Made by a program: the position numbers and the translations under genes. A stretch of 64,000 nucleotides of DNA from contig CP010426.1 of assembly GCA_000830315.1 (NCBI GenBank), positions 135,156-199,155 on the forward strand, given 5' to 3'. Below the pieces are notes generated by a model, which saw nothing but the letters and a program-made list of their open reading frames with translations, was not told the origin of the DNA and did not search any database. This document shows positions 36,544 through 46,187 of this stretch, in pieces. Each line of letters begins with the position of its first letter. The first letter of the stretch is position 1. The DNA comes from an archaeon GW2011_AR20. Lineage in GTDB: Archaea; Nanobdellota; Nanobdellia; SCGC-AAA011-G17; GW2011-AR20.

Positions 36544-38687
36544 TTTAATTCCGGATATTTAAAGTTTATATTGTCCGCATTTAAGCTAACACCTTCGTAA
36601 ACTAAAGTTATTTCATCATTATTTTCTGGAACCATGTCAAAGATTGTATAAATAATTATTTTATCTGAATTGGCCAAATTGATTCTATCAATTCCATATT
36701 CAAAGACGGCTCCCCCTACAACAACATCCTCTAAATTAAATCCTTCTAGAGTTGTGGTGATGCATTTCGTTTCATCAAAAAAGAGTCCGAGCAATCCTCC
36801 TTTAGGAACTTTCACGCATTTTTCAACAGTTTCTGGATCTATCGTTATCTTGCCAGGATCATTCATACTTAAATAAGTTGTAATTGCATAATCTCCGGAA
36901 ATTAAATTGATATTTTTTGTTTCCGGGTAAGTTATTGCTTCGGAATAATCCTCGGTTAGATGGTCAAAGGTCAGCAAAACTTTTTCATTACTTCTTAACT
37001 CCCTTGTTGCTCCTGAGCTTTTATCCACCACCACAATTTCAATTTCTTTATTGTAATAAGGTTCCAGGACTAATGAAACTTGAGATTCCTGATTGGTTGA
37101 TATCGTAGAGGTTGCTTTATTATAACCTTCTTTTTCTGCAATAATCTGGCCATTTAAACACTGTTGGAAATTCTCTTCTAAAACTGCATTTCCATTTTCA
37201 TTGCTGGTTTCTCCGATATTGCATGTATTTGTTAAACATTTAAATGAAATCAAAACATTGTCTAAAGGAACAACCACATCATTATTATTAACAGTTAATG
37301 TATTTACTCTTGTCTTTGTTGCTTTTCTATCGCAGATGTTAACTGTTTCTATTGGATTTAAAGTTCCCAAAATATTTTCTTTAGGCTGATTATTATCGAT
37401 TACAATCATTTGTGCAAACTGAAAATTATAATTGTTTTTGTTTAAAGTGATCAATATAGGATACTTAACATCATAAACAAAATGATAGTTGTTCAAACAT
37501 AAGAATATGCTTAATGCCTTTAATGCGCCTGTTTTCTTAATTATTTCATCTCCTTTTAAAATTCCGTTATCACTTGGAAAAACCTCCATGTAAAATGGCC
37601 AGTTCTCGCTATATAAAAAATTTGAATTAATATCCTTATCAACTGACCCTAATGTAAAATAATCTGTAGTCTGAGAGGTTTTAACTGCACCTATATTCCT
37701 GTTAACTATTCTTTTAAAATCTGTTTTTACCTGGTTTTCATCCCAGATTTTTATATCACAGCTGAATTCTGTTTTTGATAAAGGTATCTCATCATATAAG
37801 ACCATCATATCAATTGTTTTCTCCTCAAAGAAATTATTTCTGCTGCTTTCTTCAAATAAATTCAAAGAGGTATCATATAATTTACCAAGAGGAACAGGCA
37901 CCGTAATCAGGAATTTATCAAATTTTGCTGTTAATCCATCTTTGCTAATTTCCATATCACTCAAGATCCGGACAAATATTTCTTCATCCCTTATTTCAAT
38001 TTCTGTTTCAATATTATTAAAACTACTAAAATCATAACCTTGAAATGCGGTAAAATTATTCAGACAATCATTTAAATTAGAATTAATATAAACTGCTAAT
38101 TGATCCTGCATCTCGTTTAATGTCGGGATTTGCTGTTTTTGAATGCCGTTTCCTGTTTCATAAAACCAATACGGAACTTCCAGTCCATTATTCCTGAACA
38201 CGTCCAATTTATTCGAGAAAGGCGCATTCGGGTTTACAGGAACATTCTCTTGGGGCAATTCAATATAACCTCCTTGAGATCCGAGTATCTGTGCGCCTTC
38301 AAGAGCCACCTGGGAAACGCAAGAATCAAGATAGTTTTTAACTGGTTTGAATTCTTCTAAAATTTCTATGCTTTCTAATTCGCGTTCAAATTGGCTTTTA
38401 AAAATATAATTTCTGAAAGAAAATAATAATACTGTCGTGATTAGAACAACCAAGCCAAGAATAATATAAACTGAAACCTGCCCTCTTTTTTTCATTTTAT
38501 TTTCCCTTACTTGCACCATTTTGCTGCCGCCAGCATCAATGATATCAACAAGTTTTTTTTCCTCTAAATCCTTAACAAGATCAGAAACAGTTGTATTTTT
38601 TATATTAAAATGCTTTGCGATTATGCTAAAATTAATAAAGTTCTTGCTCCTTATGAATTTCATTAATTGTTCTTGTGTTGGTATCAA
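36540..38687 (-). CDS. Membrane-anchored protein: cytoplasmic wHTH, single TM, large extracytoplasmic domain; co-transcribed upstream of the giant protein
   Basis: 715 aa; 'IKNTTVSDLVKDLEEKKLVDIID' wHTH, TM 'VSVYIILGLVVLITTVLLFSF'; 4-nt overlap with the downstream gene. Confidence 0.4.
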   Translation of the reverse strand: MIPTQEQLMKFIRSKNFINFSIIAKHFNIKNTTVSDLVKDLEEKKLVDIIDAGGSKMVQVRENKMKKRGQVSVYIILGLVVLITTVLLFSFRNYIFKSQFERELESIEILEEFKPVKNYLDSCVSQVALEGAQILGSQGGYIELPQENVPVNPNAPFSNKLDVFRNNGLEVPYWFYETGNGIQKQQIPTLNEMQDQLAVYINSNLNDCLNNFTAFQGYDFSSFNNIETEIEIRDEEIFVRILSDMEISKDGLTAKFDKFLITVPVPLGKLYDTSLNLFEESSRNNFFEEKTIDMMVLYDEIPLSKTEFSCDIKIWDENQVKTDFKRIVNRNIGAVKTSQTTDYFTLGSVDKDINSNFLYSENWPFYMEVFPSDNGILKGDEIIKKTGALKALSIFLCLNNYHFVYDVKYPILITLNKNNYNFQFAQMIVIDNNQPKENILGTLNPIETVNICDRKATKTRVNTLTVNNNDVVVPLDNVLISFKCLTNTCNIGETSNENGNAVLEENFQQCLNGQIIAEKEGYNKATSTISTNQESQVSLVLEPYYNKEIEIVVVDKSSGATRELRSNEKVLLTFDHLTEDYSEAITYPETKNINLISGDYAITTYLSMNDPGKITIDPETVEKCVKVPKGGLLGLFFDETKCITTTLEGFNLEDVVVGGAVFEYGIDRINLANSDKIIIYTIFDMVPENNDEITLVYEGVSLNADNINFKYPELK

Positions 38688-38857
38688 TTAAATCGAGCCT
38701 TTTTTAACCTTCTAAGGCTTTTTCGACCTTCTTTAACCCCTAGAAACACTTTAAAACTTAATAAATAATTTTAGTATATAAATGTTGTGTTGTAATTTTA
38801 GAATTAAAAATTCGTAAAAAGAATTGGATTTATATACTTTTAACAAATCTGAAATTT

Positions 38858-39649
38858 ATGAAAAAATCAATAATTATATTGATGATATTCCTGGTTTTAT
38901 CCTTGGCTTCATTATATTATTCTGCTAATTTTAGAGGGGATGTTGTTTTTACCGGAGAAACGATACGCGAGCCTGGTCGTTATAAGATAGCCAACTGGAA
39001 TCTCAATATTTTTGGGGTTTCTAAGGCGAATAATTCGGCTTTAATCGAATCTTATGCAAATATTCTTAGCAAATATGACATAATCTTCATACAAGAGATA
39101 AGAGACGCTTCATATACATCATTTGATAAATTATGCATTCACCTAGCCAATTATACCTGCATAACTAGTTCAAGGGCAGGTAAATCAATTTCAAAAGAGC
39201 AATATGGAATCATTTACAGAAATGAGATTAATATAGCCGAGGTTAAAGATTACAACCCCGATCCAAGATTCGAACGTCCGCCTATTAAAATTACTTTTGA
39301 TTTGAAGGATTATTTTCTAACAGTATATAATATTCATACCAAACCAGAAGATGTCTCAAAAGAACTTTCTTATTTAGAAGATTTGGTTGAAGACACTGGA
39401 AACATAATGATTATTGGAGATTTGAATGCAGATTGTTCTTATTATAATAACTACAAAGAAACTCAATTTGATAAATGGCATTGGATAATCAATGATGATG
39501 AGGACACAACTGTTTCGAGAAGAGATTGTGCTTATGACAGAATAATTTTCAATGATAATGCTTATGAATATTATGTAGATTATGGAATTTTAAAAAATAT
39601 TAATTCAACGCAAAGCGATCATTATCTAATCTGGACTTCGGTGAAATAA
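38858..39649 (+). CDS. Secreted endonuclease/exonuclease/phosphatase (EEP, DNase I-like) family nuclease
   Basis: 263 aa; signal/TM 'MKKSIIILMIFLVLSLASL'; 'KIANWNLNIFG', 'IIFIQEI', 'GDLNAD', C-terminal 'SDHYLI' EEP motifs. Confidence 0.7.
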   Translation: MKKSIIILMIFLVLSLASLYYSANFRGDVVFTGETIREPGRYKIANWNLNIFGVSKANNSALIESYANILSKYDIIFIQEIRDASYTSFDKLCIHLANYTCITSSRAGKSISKEQYGIIYRNEINIAEVKDYNPDPRFERPPIKITFDLKDYFLTVYNIHTKPEDVSKELSYLEDLVEDTGNIMIIGDLNADCSYYNNYKETQFDKWHWIINDDEDTTVSRRDCAYDRIIFNDNAYEYYVDYGILKNINSTQSDHYLIWTSVK

Positions 39650-39722
39650 TGGGCCTGCCCAGATTCGAACTGGGGATCTCTTCGACGTCAACGAAGTGTC
39701 ATAACCACTAGACCACAAGCCC
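39650..39722 (-). tRNA. tRNA-Val (anticodon GAC)
   Basis: Minus: GGGCTTG..CTTCG-TTGACGT-CGAAG..CCCAG-TTCGAAT-CTGGG-CAGGCCC-A. Confidence 0.8.
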
Positions 39723-39776
39723 TTAAAGCCTTTAAAATTATCAATATTTATTAACTTAACTAAAACCTTACTCATT

Positions 39777-40391
39777 ATGGAAAGTCAAGAACAAATCTGG
39801 GACAGTATATCAGAATCCTGGCATAATTTCAGGAATAAACCAGAACGGTTAGTTGAGTATTTCAAGGACAATTATACAAACAATGCCGGAAGAATTATAG
39901 ATTTAGGATGTGGCAATGCTCGTAACTTAATCCCATTTCAAAACTTTATTTGTTATGGGGTTGATTTTTCTAAGAAATTGCTGGAGAAAGCAAAATTAAC
40001 CTCAGAAAAGCACAATCTAGATTTAAGATTGAATAAATCTAATTTAGATAAATTAATATTTAAAGATAACTTTTTTGATTATGCCCTAATGCTTGCCTCT
40101 TTGCACAATCTTGAAACTAAAGAAAAAAGAATTAATGCATTAAAAGAATTGTATAGGATATCAAGAAAAGATGGTGTTGCATTAATAACCGTTTGGAATA
40201 AATGGCAATTAAAGTTTTTATTTAGAAAAAAAGATACATTAATTCCTTGGCATCAAAAAGGTAAAGTTTATTATAGAGATTATCATTTGTTTAATTATTT
40301 TGAATTAAAAAATTTATTAAAAAAAGTTAATTTTGAAATTCTTGAATCGAAAATAAATGGGGGAAACATAATTTTTATTGTAAAGAAATAA
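39777..40391 (+). CDS. Class I SAM-dependent methyltransferase
   Basis: 204 aa; motif I 'IIDLGCGNARN'. Confidence 0.75.
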   Translation: MESQEQIWDSISESWHNFRNKPERLVEYFKDNYTNNAGRIIDLGCGNARNLIPFQNFICYGVDFSKKLLEKAKLTSEKHNLDLRLNKSNLDKLIFKDNFFDYALMLASLHNLETKEKRINALKELYRISRKDGVALITVWNKWQLKFLFRKKDTLIPWHQKGKVYYRDYHLFNYFELKNLLKKVNFEILESKINGGNIIFIVKK

Positions 40392-40392
40392 G

Positions 40393-40484
40393 AGCCGCTG
40401 ACCGGATTTGAACCGGCGACCTGCTGTTTACAAAACAGCTGCTCTAGCCATTGCTCCTACCTTGATAGTCTGAGCTACAGCGGC
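40393..40484 (-). tRNA. tRNA-Thr (anticodon TGT) with a probable 18-20-nt intron in the D-loop
   Basis: Minus: GCCGCTG-TA-GCTC-AG[ACTATCAAGGTAGGAGCAA]TGGCTA-GAGC-A-GCTGT-TTTGTAA-ACAGC-AGGTC-GCCGG-TTCAAAT-CCGGT-CAGCGGC-T; 92 nt; everything except the D-loop insert is canonical. Confidence 0.6.
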
Positions 40485-40520
40485 GTAAAGATAAAGAATT
40501 AATTTGATTTAAATATCTTA

Positions 40521-41081
40521 CTATAACCTTTCCATCATTCTGATTTCGCAGACGCTTAATGGATAAATTTTCTTTAAAATATTTTTCAGGTCTTTCTGCA
40601 GATTATGAGATGCCAAATCATTGATTAAAGTTGTATAATCTGTTTTTTTGAAATAATTTTGCAGATACTCATGTGATTTATGGCGGATGTTTGTCAATAT
40701 GGATTTTATTGTCTTTGACTTGGTTAATATTATTGTTTTAACAACAACCTTTACATTGTCTTTTGTCAGATATTTAAAGGAGTCATCTATTTTCTCTTTT
40801 GCCGGTTTTATGACTCTTTTGACATAAGTCGATAACATTGCATAGGAAATAACTTCAGCGTAAGCCTCATTGCCCTTAACTTCTTTTATTCTGAATTTTA
40901 CCTTAATATTTTGCGACTTGGGATCCTGGGTAATGTTTGCTAAGTTTACTTCTAAGGTTCTGCCGACTAAGTTGGCGTCTTCATTAGCCAGAGTTTCTCC
41001 TATCTCAGACCTATTAGACTCCAGTCCTGTGACTATTCCGAACCATTTCTTCTTTTTCTTTTGTAATTGTACATCAGCCAT
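40521..41081 (-). CDS. rps3ae: 30S ribosomal protein S3Ae (S1e)
   Basis: 186 aa; 'KKKKKWFGIV...GRTLEVNLANIT' typical S3Ae N-terminus. Confidence 0.7.
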   Translation of the reverse strand: MADVQLQKKKKKWFGIVTGLESNRSEIGETLANEDANLVGRTLEVNLANITQDPKSQNIKVKFRIKEVKGNEAYAEVISYAMLSTYVKRVIKPAKEKIDDSFKYLTKDNVKVVVKTIILTKSKTIKSILTNIRHKSHEYLQNYFKKTDYTTLINDLASHNLQKDLKNILKKIYPLSVCEIRMMERL

Positions 41082-41103
41082 ATTTTTCTTCCCTTCAAGA
41101 CGA

Positions 41104-42465
41104 TTAATAAACCTTTCTATTCAAAACATCAACCGATTTATTAATGAATTCCTGTTCGTTTTCAATAGGAATTAAGCAGCCACATGCATATTTATGACCA
41201 CCGGATTCCCATTTATCCTCTGTAATTTCCTTTAAAATCTCTCTTAAATCAATTTCGCTATTATCCCCGTTGCAAATGCGCATGCTAACTTTAATATTAT
41301 TATCAATAGTATAAGCCATGGATATTAGTATTGTATTTTCGCGATAAATATTTGCCTTGGAGATTATGCTTGTTATCGTGCCAATTAAAGTGTCCCTTAT
41401 ATTCTCCTGGGCATTCATGATTAAGTAATTATTTCCTTTTATCATTTTGTCCTTATTATTGTAAAACCAATTTAATCCGTTTATTAGCTCAATTTTATAC
41501 TCCTTCATTAATTCATTTGCAATGTTCTTAAATTTCGGATTATTTAAGCAGACCCCGATTCCAACGCTTGGCTTGTCTAATCTTCCACAGCAGTTCAGCA
41601 GAGTGCTAAACTCTCTGGCATCTTTGGTAAAACTCTCGTCTTCTTCCTCTTTTAATAGGTAAACATCTGAGAATATGTCTGCAGGATTTTTTTCGCTTCC
41701 AAGTCTTTTTAATATAATCCCCGTAGTCAGTTTTTTTAATTCTTCTTCGTTCAAATTTACCAGTTTTTTGAATCTGTCGTTATCTTTTACTTCTATCCCC
41801 AATTCATTCATGAATAATAAGGCACCTTCTTCACTGCCCGTAACACCCGGGATAAATGGATCTGTGCTAAATTGTAGCACCTTGTACAGGGGTTTTGTCT
41901 GGGCACCAAACATTTTCAATCCCCTTCTTATCTCAATTTTATTCGTGTCAACAGCATCATCCAGAATTTGTTTGTTTAAATCTTGAAACTTCTGTGAATC
42001 GCCTATGCTTCCGATCACAGCCAAGTAAGCAAGGTCTTTATTTTCTAAACTCAAATTTTTAGCAAACAAATAAGTTACACCCGAACCTGATATTTGAAAA
42101 ATTCTATCGGAAGAATTTGGATTAACGTGAGAGATATTAGAATGAATTTCGGACACATCGGGGATATGGTGATCGAATATAAAAATTTTCTTATTTTTTA
42201 AATACTGATTTATTAATTTTATGTAGCCAGAGCCCAAATCAGTAAAGATTATTGTATTATAATTCTCTAAACTTAATTCCTTTAATACATTTTCATTTAA
42301 TTGTTTAACAATGCTTAAAACAAATTTTTTCTTCTCGCGTTTTAAAACTTGCAGCATTATTGAAGCAGAAGTTAGTCCATCGGAGTCCAAATGGCTTATT
42401 ACCCTGATTGGTTTATTGTCCAGATTTTTAAATTCTTCGATTGCATTTTTTATTAAATCTTGCAT
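41104..42465 (-). CDS. DHH-family phosphoesterase, archaeal RecJ/GAN (Cdc45-like) type
   Basis: 453 aa; 'ISHLDSDGLTSASIM' motif I/II, 'IFIFDHHIPD' DHH motif, C-terminal DHHA1-like 'GGHKYACG'. Confidence 0.6.
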   Translation of the reverse strand: MQDLIKNAIEEFKNLDNKPIRVISHLDSDGLTSASIMLQVLKREKKKFVLSIVKQLNENVLKELSLENYNTIIFTDLGSGYIKLINQYLKNKKIFIFDHHIPDVSEIHSNISHVNPNSSDRIFQISGSGVTYLFAKNLSLENKDLAYLAVIGSIGDSQKFQDLNKQILDDAVDTNKIEIRRGLKMFGAQTKPLYKVLQFSTDPFIPGVTGSEEGALLFMNELGIEVKDNDRFKKLVNLNEEELKKLTTGIILKRLGSEKNPADIFSDVYLLKEEEDESFTKDAREFSTLLNCCGRLDKPSVGIGVCLNNPKFKNIANELMKEYKIELINGLNWFYNNKDKMIKGNNYLIMNAQENIRDTLIGTITSIISKANIYRENTILISMAYTIDNNIKVSMRICNGDNSEIDLREILKEITEDKWESGGHKYACGCLIPIENEQEFINKSVDVLNRKVY

Positions 42466-42467
42466 TC

Positions 42468-42956
42468 TTATTTAATAAGAAGTTCTGCGCTTTTGGTATC
42501 ATACTTCCATGTAACCGGTAATTTGCCTATTCTCTTGTAGTATTTCACCAAACGATGAATTTTTGAATTTGTTAATAATAACCCGCGTTTAGCGTGCATG
42601 TCGTGTTTATTCAGCTCAAAGTGTTTTTTAATTCTGATTTCATGCTTGATTAGACTGCTTAAATCCTCCGGTATCTCCTGGGAAAGTTTATTTTCTTTTA
42701 AAATTTCGTTGAGTTTCTTTTTTAATAAGTCTCTTACACTTGGAACACCGTAAGTATCTCTTAAAATCATTCCAATTTCGCTTTGCGACTTACCCTGCTT
42801 TGCTAACTTGACAATTAATTGCTCAACCTCTTTTTCTGAATAACGAATCCAAGTTAGCTTATGCTTTTTAACTGGCTTTTTGCTTCCAGATTTTCCTTTC
42901 TTTCCTGAGTACATTCTTCCCATTTTAATAATCCTACCTAGAAATAATCTAGGCAT
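42468..42956 (-). CDS. rps15: 30S ribosomal protein S15 (S13e)
   Basis: 162 aa; 'SEIGMILRDTYGVPSVRDL' and C-terminal S15 fold 'HDMHAKRGLLLTNSKIHRLVKYYKR'. Confidence 0.8.
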   Translation of the reverse strand: MPRLFLGRIIKMGRMYSGKKGKSGSKKPVKKHKLTWIRYSEKEVEQLIVKLAKQGKSQSEIGMILRDTYGVPSVRDLLKKKLNEILKENKLSQEIPEDLSSLIKHEIRIKKHFELNKHDMHAKRGLLLTNSKIHRLVKYYKRIGKLPVTWKYDTKSAELLIK

Positions 42957-43012
42957 AAGTAAGCCTTAACCGACTTATCCTAAAAATCTTTTAAAATCAA
43001 GCGTTTATAAAG

Positions 43013-43264
43013 TTATTCTTTGTAAACAAGGTCATTTGGTCTTACTTTATCGTTAACCTTAATGCCAACAGAATCTTTCTTTTTAGCCTCTTTAACTAAT
43101 TTATGCTCTATTTGCATTGAGTCAACTGTTTGTGTTAAATCTGTTGTTGCCCCCTTGATTCTTATTTTGTCTCCTACTTTTAACTTATCGGTTAATTCTA
43201 TTGCAGCTACCCCAATATGCGAGAAATAACTGCTTACTCTTCCAATAGGTTTTGGTTCAGCCAT
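43013..43264 (-). CDS. Small beta-barrel protein, hypothetical (EF-Tu domain-2-like?)
   Basis: 83 aa; 'KVGDKIRIKGATTDLTQTVDSMQIEHK'. Confidence 0.25.
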   Translation of the reverse strand: MAEPKPIGRVSSYFSHIGVAAIELTDKLKVGDKIRIKGATTDLTQTVDSMQIEHKLVKEAKKKDSVGIKVNDKVRPNDLVYKE

Positions 43265-43391
43265 AATGCCAGTAAGTTAAATATGTTTATAAAGATTTTG
43301 AATAGCCAGTCAGAATACCAGTATATAAAGTAAATTAGAGTGCGACATACAAACTATGAGGGCCGAGAAGAATCATCAAAGAATCATAAAG

Positions 43392-44078
43392 CTATTTTTC
43401 TGGAAAATTAGGATTTTTTAAAGTTGGTTCATATCGTAATATTTTATGATTATTATATAGATAAACAGCTCTTCTTATTTTTGCTCTAATTTTTTCTATT
43501 GCTGTATTTGCATCATGGTCTTCAATCTCCAAATCAAGGTTATCCATAACCGCGTCATAAACCAAATTTTTGAATATGTCTCTATCATACCAAAAAGGGT
43601 CTTTACAAGGCTTCCAAAATTGAATAATCCCCCCATTATCTATGTGGGCATGAACACTCTGTCTTCCACAGCTCGTCATTAATTCCATCGATGGTATAAT
43701 CGGATAGTTAGAATATTCTGCAAAGGGTATGTAATGAGATATTGGATCAACATTCTCTATTGCATCAACAAGCGTTCTTCCCAAATTTAAACTTTCTTGT
43801 TTCTTGGCATCAAATCCGCTAGATGTAAGTTCGGCTCTTTTTTGCAGTTGCTCCATCGTTAAACCACCATCGGTTCTATAAAATATTTCAAATCTCCCCC
43901 TAAGCAAGGTTGGACAATTAGAATCATAACCTGTAGAAACTCTCCCAAAATGGTTTACATACAGTCTCCCCAAAAGACCCTCTTTTCGGAATGTATCAAC
44001 AGTTTCGAAATATAATTTATTAGGGATGCCAGAAATGTTAGGTTCCATGCTTGTTTCAATGTTATATGCGGTAGCCAT
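43392..44078 (-). CDS. Hypothetical protein
   Basis: 228 aa; no recognisable motif. Confidence 0.3.
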   Translation of the reverse strand: MATAYNIETSMEPNISGIPNKLYFETVDTFRKEGLLGRLYVNHFGRVSTGYDSNCPTLLRGRFEIFYRTDGGLTMEQLQKRAELTSSGFDAKKQESLNLGRTLVDAIENVDPISHYIPFAEYSNYPIIPSMELMTSCGRQSVHAHIDNGGIIQFWKPCKDPFWYDRDIFKNLVYDAVMDNLDLEIEDHDANTAIEKIRAKIRRAVYLYNNHKILRYEPTLKNPNFPEK

Positions 44079-44165
44079 GCTTCAATAAACATCTTTTTGA
44101 AAATAATTGTTCATGTGGGTATCTGCGGGCATTTAATAAACCCACTGGTGTCACGTGAAAGTGCA

Positions 44166-44238
44166 TAGCCCTGGGAAGATTCGAACTTCCGTCTAGAGCT
44201 CCAAAGGCTCCAATGCTTGACCACTACACCACAGGGCT
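44166..44238 (-). tRNA. tRNA-Gln (anticodon TTG)
   Basis: Minus: AGCCCTG..GGAGC-CTTTGGA-GCTCT-AGAC-GGAAG-TTCGAAT-CTTCC-CAGGGCT-A; A1:U72 as in archaeal tRNA-Gln; weak D-stem. Confidence 0.65.
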
Positions 44239-44275
44239 GTATGGTTAAAGTCCTAATTTAAATTTATATAACTTT

Positions 44276-45475
44276 CTAAAGCAGAAAGAACAAAATTACA
44301 GGAAGGATTAAGCAACCCATTAAATGGTTCTTGCCTATGCCTGCTAAATTCGGGATTAATCCAATAGATGTTGAAACTATTAAAACGAATAAGCCGATCC
44401 AACCTGTTAAAATTGCAACTAAAACAATTATTAATAATATAATAAAGAGGCATAATTTATTGTAATTAACCTTGCTCATTAATTTGGAGAATAGTTTAGC
44501 AAATTTTAATGTCAAATATGTTGCAATGCCTGCTGAAATTAAAGATGCTGCGAGAAATAATGCTAAATGGTTTAATGTAAAATTCTCCAATAATTTAGAG
44601 ATAACAACAACGCTTCCAGATCTGGCTTTGTCAATACTATACAACGCAAGAAAGGAAACAATCATTACAAATGTGTTTATTCCTCCAACTATAACCAAAA
44701 ATTTCTCTGGTTTAATTTCTTTTTGCCCAGAGGTTGCTACAATAGCTGCCTGGCTCGCTCCTAATCCTGGAAACAGACCTAGCAAGAAGCTTGCAAAAAA
44801 TCCAGAACCCATTGCTTTGCTGATTTCTTTTCCACTTAAAGTAACTTCTGTAAATTTTTGCTTTGGAATCTTAGTTTTTTGGAATACGCTTGTTAATAAG
44901 ATGCTGATCCCAAACAATCCGGACAACAAAGGAAACAAAGGTTCTTTCAATTGCAAATTTAGTGTTATTAGACCCAAAACCCCCGCCAATAAAAATATAA
45001 TTAATGCCAATGTTCTAGACTTCTTTTCCCTATAAATTAATAATAATGAAAAAAAGATTAAGACATATGGAATAAATCTTTGGATTAAGGGATAAACCCA
45101 TTTTATAAAAGGCAGTCCGATAGGGGCGAAGGCGACCATCATTATGACAGCAAATAAACTTCCAATAGCGGTTAAAACAACAGCTTCGTAACCCCTTCCT
45201 TCCAATAATAATTTATGCCCTGGTAAAACGCTTAATTCCAATCCAGAGTCTGGTGCTCCAAGGAAAATGCTTGGCAAGGCATCTAGAAACGTATGTGTTA
45301 TGGACATTGCAATGATTACAACCGCTAAGGTTAAGACTGAAACATGCTGGGAGAGAAATGGTGATAATGATAAAATAATAACGCTAACTAAATTAATGTG
45401 GATTCCTGGTGTAATCCCGGTTATAATTCCAAGCAAGCATCCGACTAAAATTGCTAGAAATATTTCGATGAACAA
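44276..45475 (-). CDS. TctA-family (DUF112) polytopic membrane transporter-like protein
   Basis: 399 aa; about 12 TM; 'GITPGIHINLV' and 'GLFPGLGASQAAI' motifs. Confidence 0.5.
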   Translation of the reverse strand: MFIEIFLAILVGCLLGIITGITPGIHINLVSVIILSLSPFLSQHVSVLTLAVVIIAMSITHTFLDALPSIFLGAPDSGLELSVLPGHKLLLEGRGYEAVVLTAIGSLFAVIMMVAFAPIGLPFIKWVYPLIQRFIPYVLIFFSLLLIYREKKSRTLALIIFLLAGVLGLITLNLQLKEPLFPLLSGLFGISILLTSVFQKTKIPKQKFTEVTLSGKEISKAMGSGFFASFLLGLFPGLGASQAAIVATSGQKEIKPEKFLVIVGGINTFVMIVSFLALYSIDKARSGSVVVISKLLENFTLNHLALFLAASLISAGIATYLTLKFAKLFSKLMSKVNYNKLCLFIILLIIVLVAILTGWIGLFVLIVSTSIGLIPNLAGIGKNHLMGCLILPVILFFLL

Positions 45476-45476
45476 G

Positions 45477-46130
45477 TTACATCATTGCTTCTTTATAATT
45501 TTTTTCAACTTGGTCCCAATTTATTATATTATAAAAATTCTCTATAAATCCTGCTCGATTAGAATTCCATTTAAGATAATAACTATGTTCCCACAAATCA
45601 ATTCCGAGTATCGGGATTTTTCCCTCGCTTATTGGATTATCTTGATTACTGGTTTTTACAGTTTCTAATTTGTTATTGTTTAAGACTAACCAGCACCATC
45701 CAGAGCCAAATAAACTATTCGCACTTTTGCTAAACTCTTCTTTAAATTTATCAAAATTTCCAAAATTTTTATTAATTGCTTTTAATATTTCTCCATTAAT
45801 TTTTGTATCTTTTTTCAATAATTTCCAGAACATAGAATGATTAACATGCCCGCCACCATGATTTCTTACAGCTGTTTTTATGTCTTCGGGAATTTCATTT
45901 AAATTTTTAATTAAACTAGTTACTGGTTTATTTTGCCATTCTGGATATTTTTCCAAAGCTAAATTTAATTTATCAACATAAGCTTGGTGATGCTTTGTAT
46001 GGTGGATTTTCATAGTTTGTTCATCCATATATGGCTCTAAAGCATTGTACTCATATCCTAAATCGGGTAAAGTGTACATAATAATAGAAAATAACCAACT
46101 TATATTAAAGTTTTGCTTTTCAAAAGACAT
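45477..46130 (-). CDS. sod: Fe/Mn superoxide dismutase
   Basis: 217 aa; 'HHTKHHQAYV' and 'DLWEHSYYLKW' metal-binding signatures. Confidence 0.9.
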   Translation of the reverse strand: MSFEKQNFNISWLFSIIMYTLPDLGYEYNALEPYMDEQTMKIHHTKHHQAYVDKLNLALEKYPEWQNKPVTSLIKNLNEIPEDIKTAVRNHGGGHVNHSMFWKLLKKDTKINGEILKAINKNFGNFDKFKEEFSKSANSLFGSGWCWLVLNNNKLETVKTSNQDNPISEGKIPILGIDLWEHSYYLKWNSNRAGFIENFYNIINWDQVEKNYKEAMM

Positions 46131-46187
46131 ATAAAGATTATTTTCTTTCTTATTTTTGGTGATATGCCAAAAAAGAGGTGATTTTCC

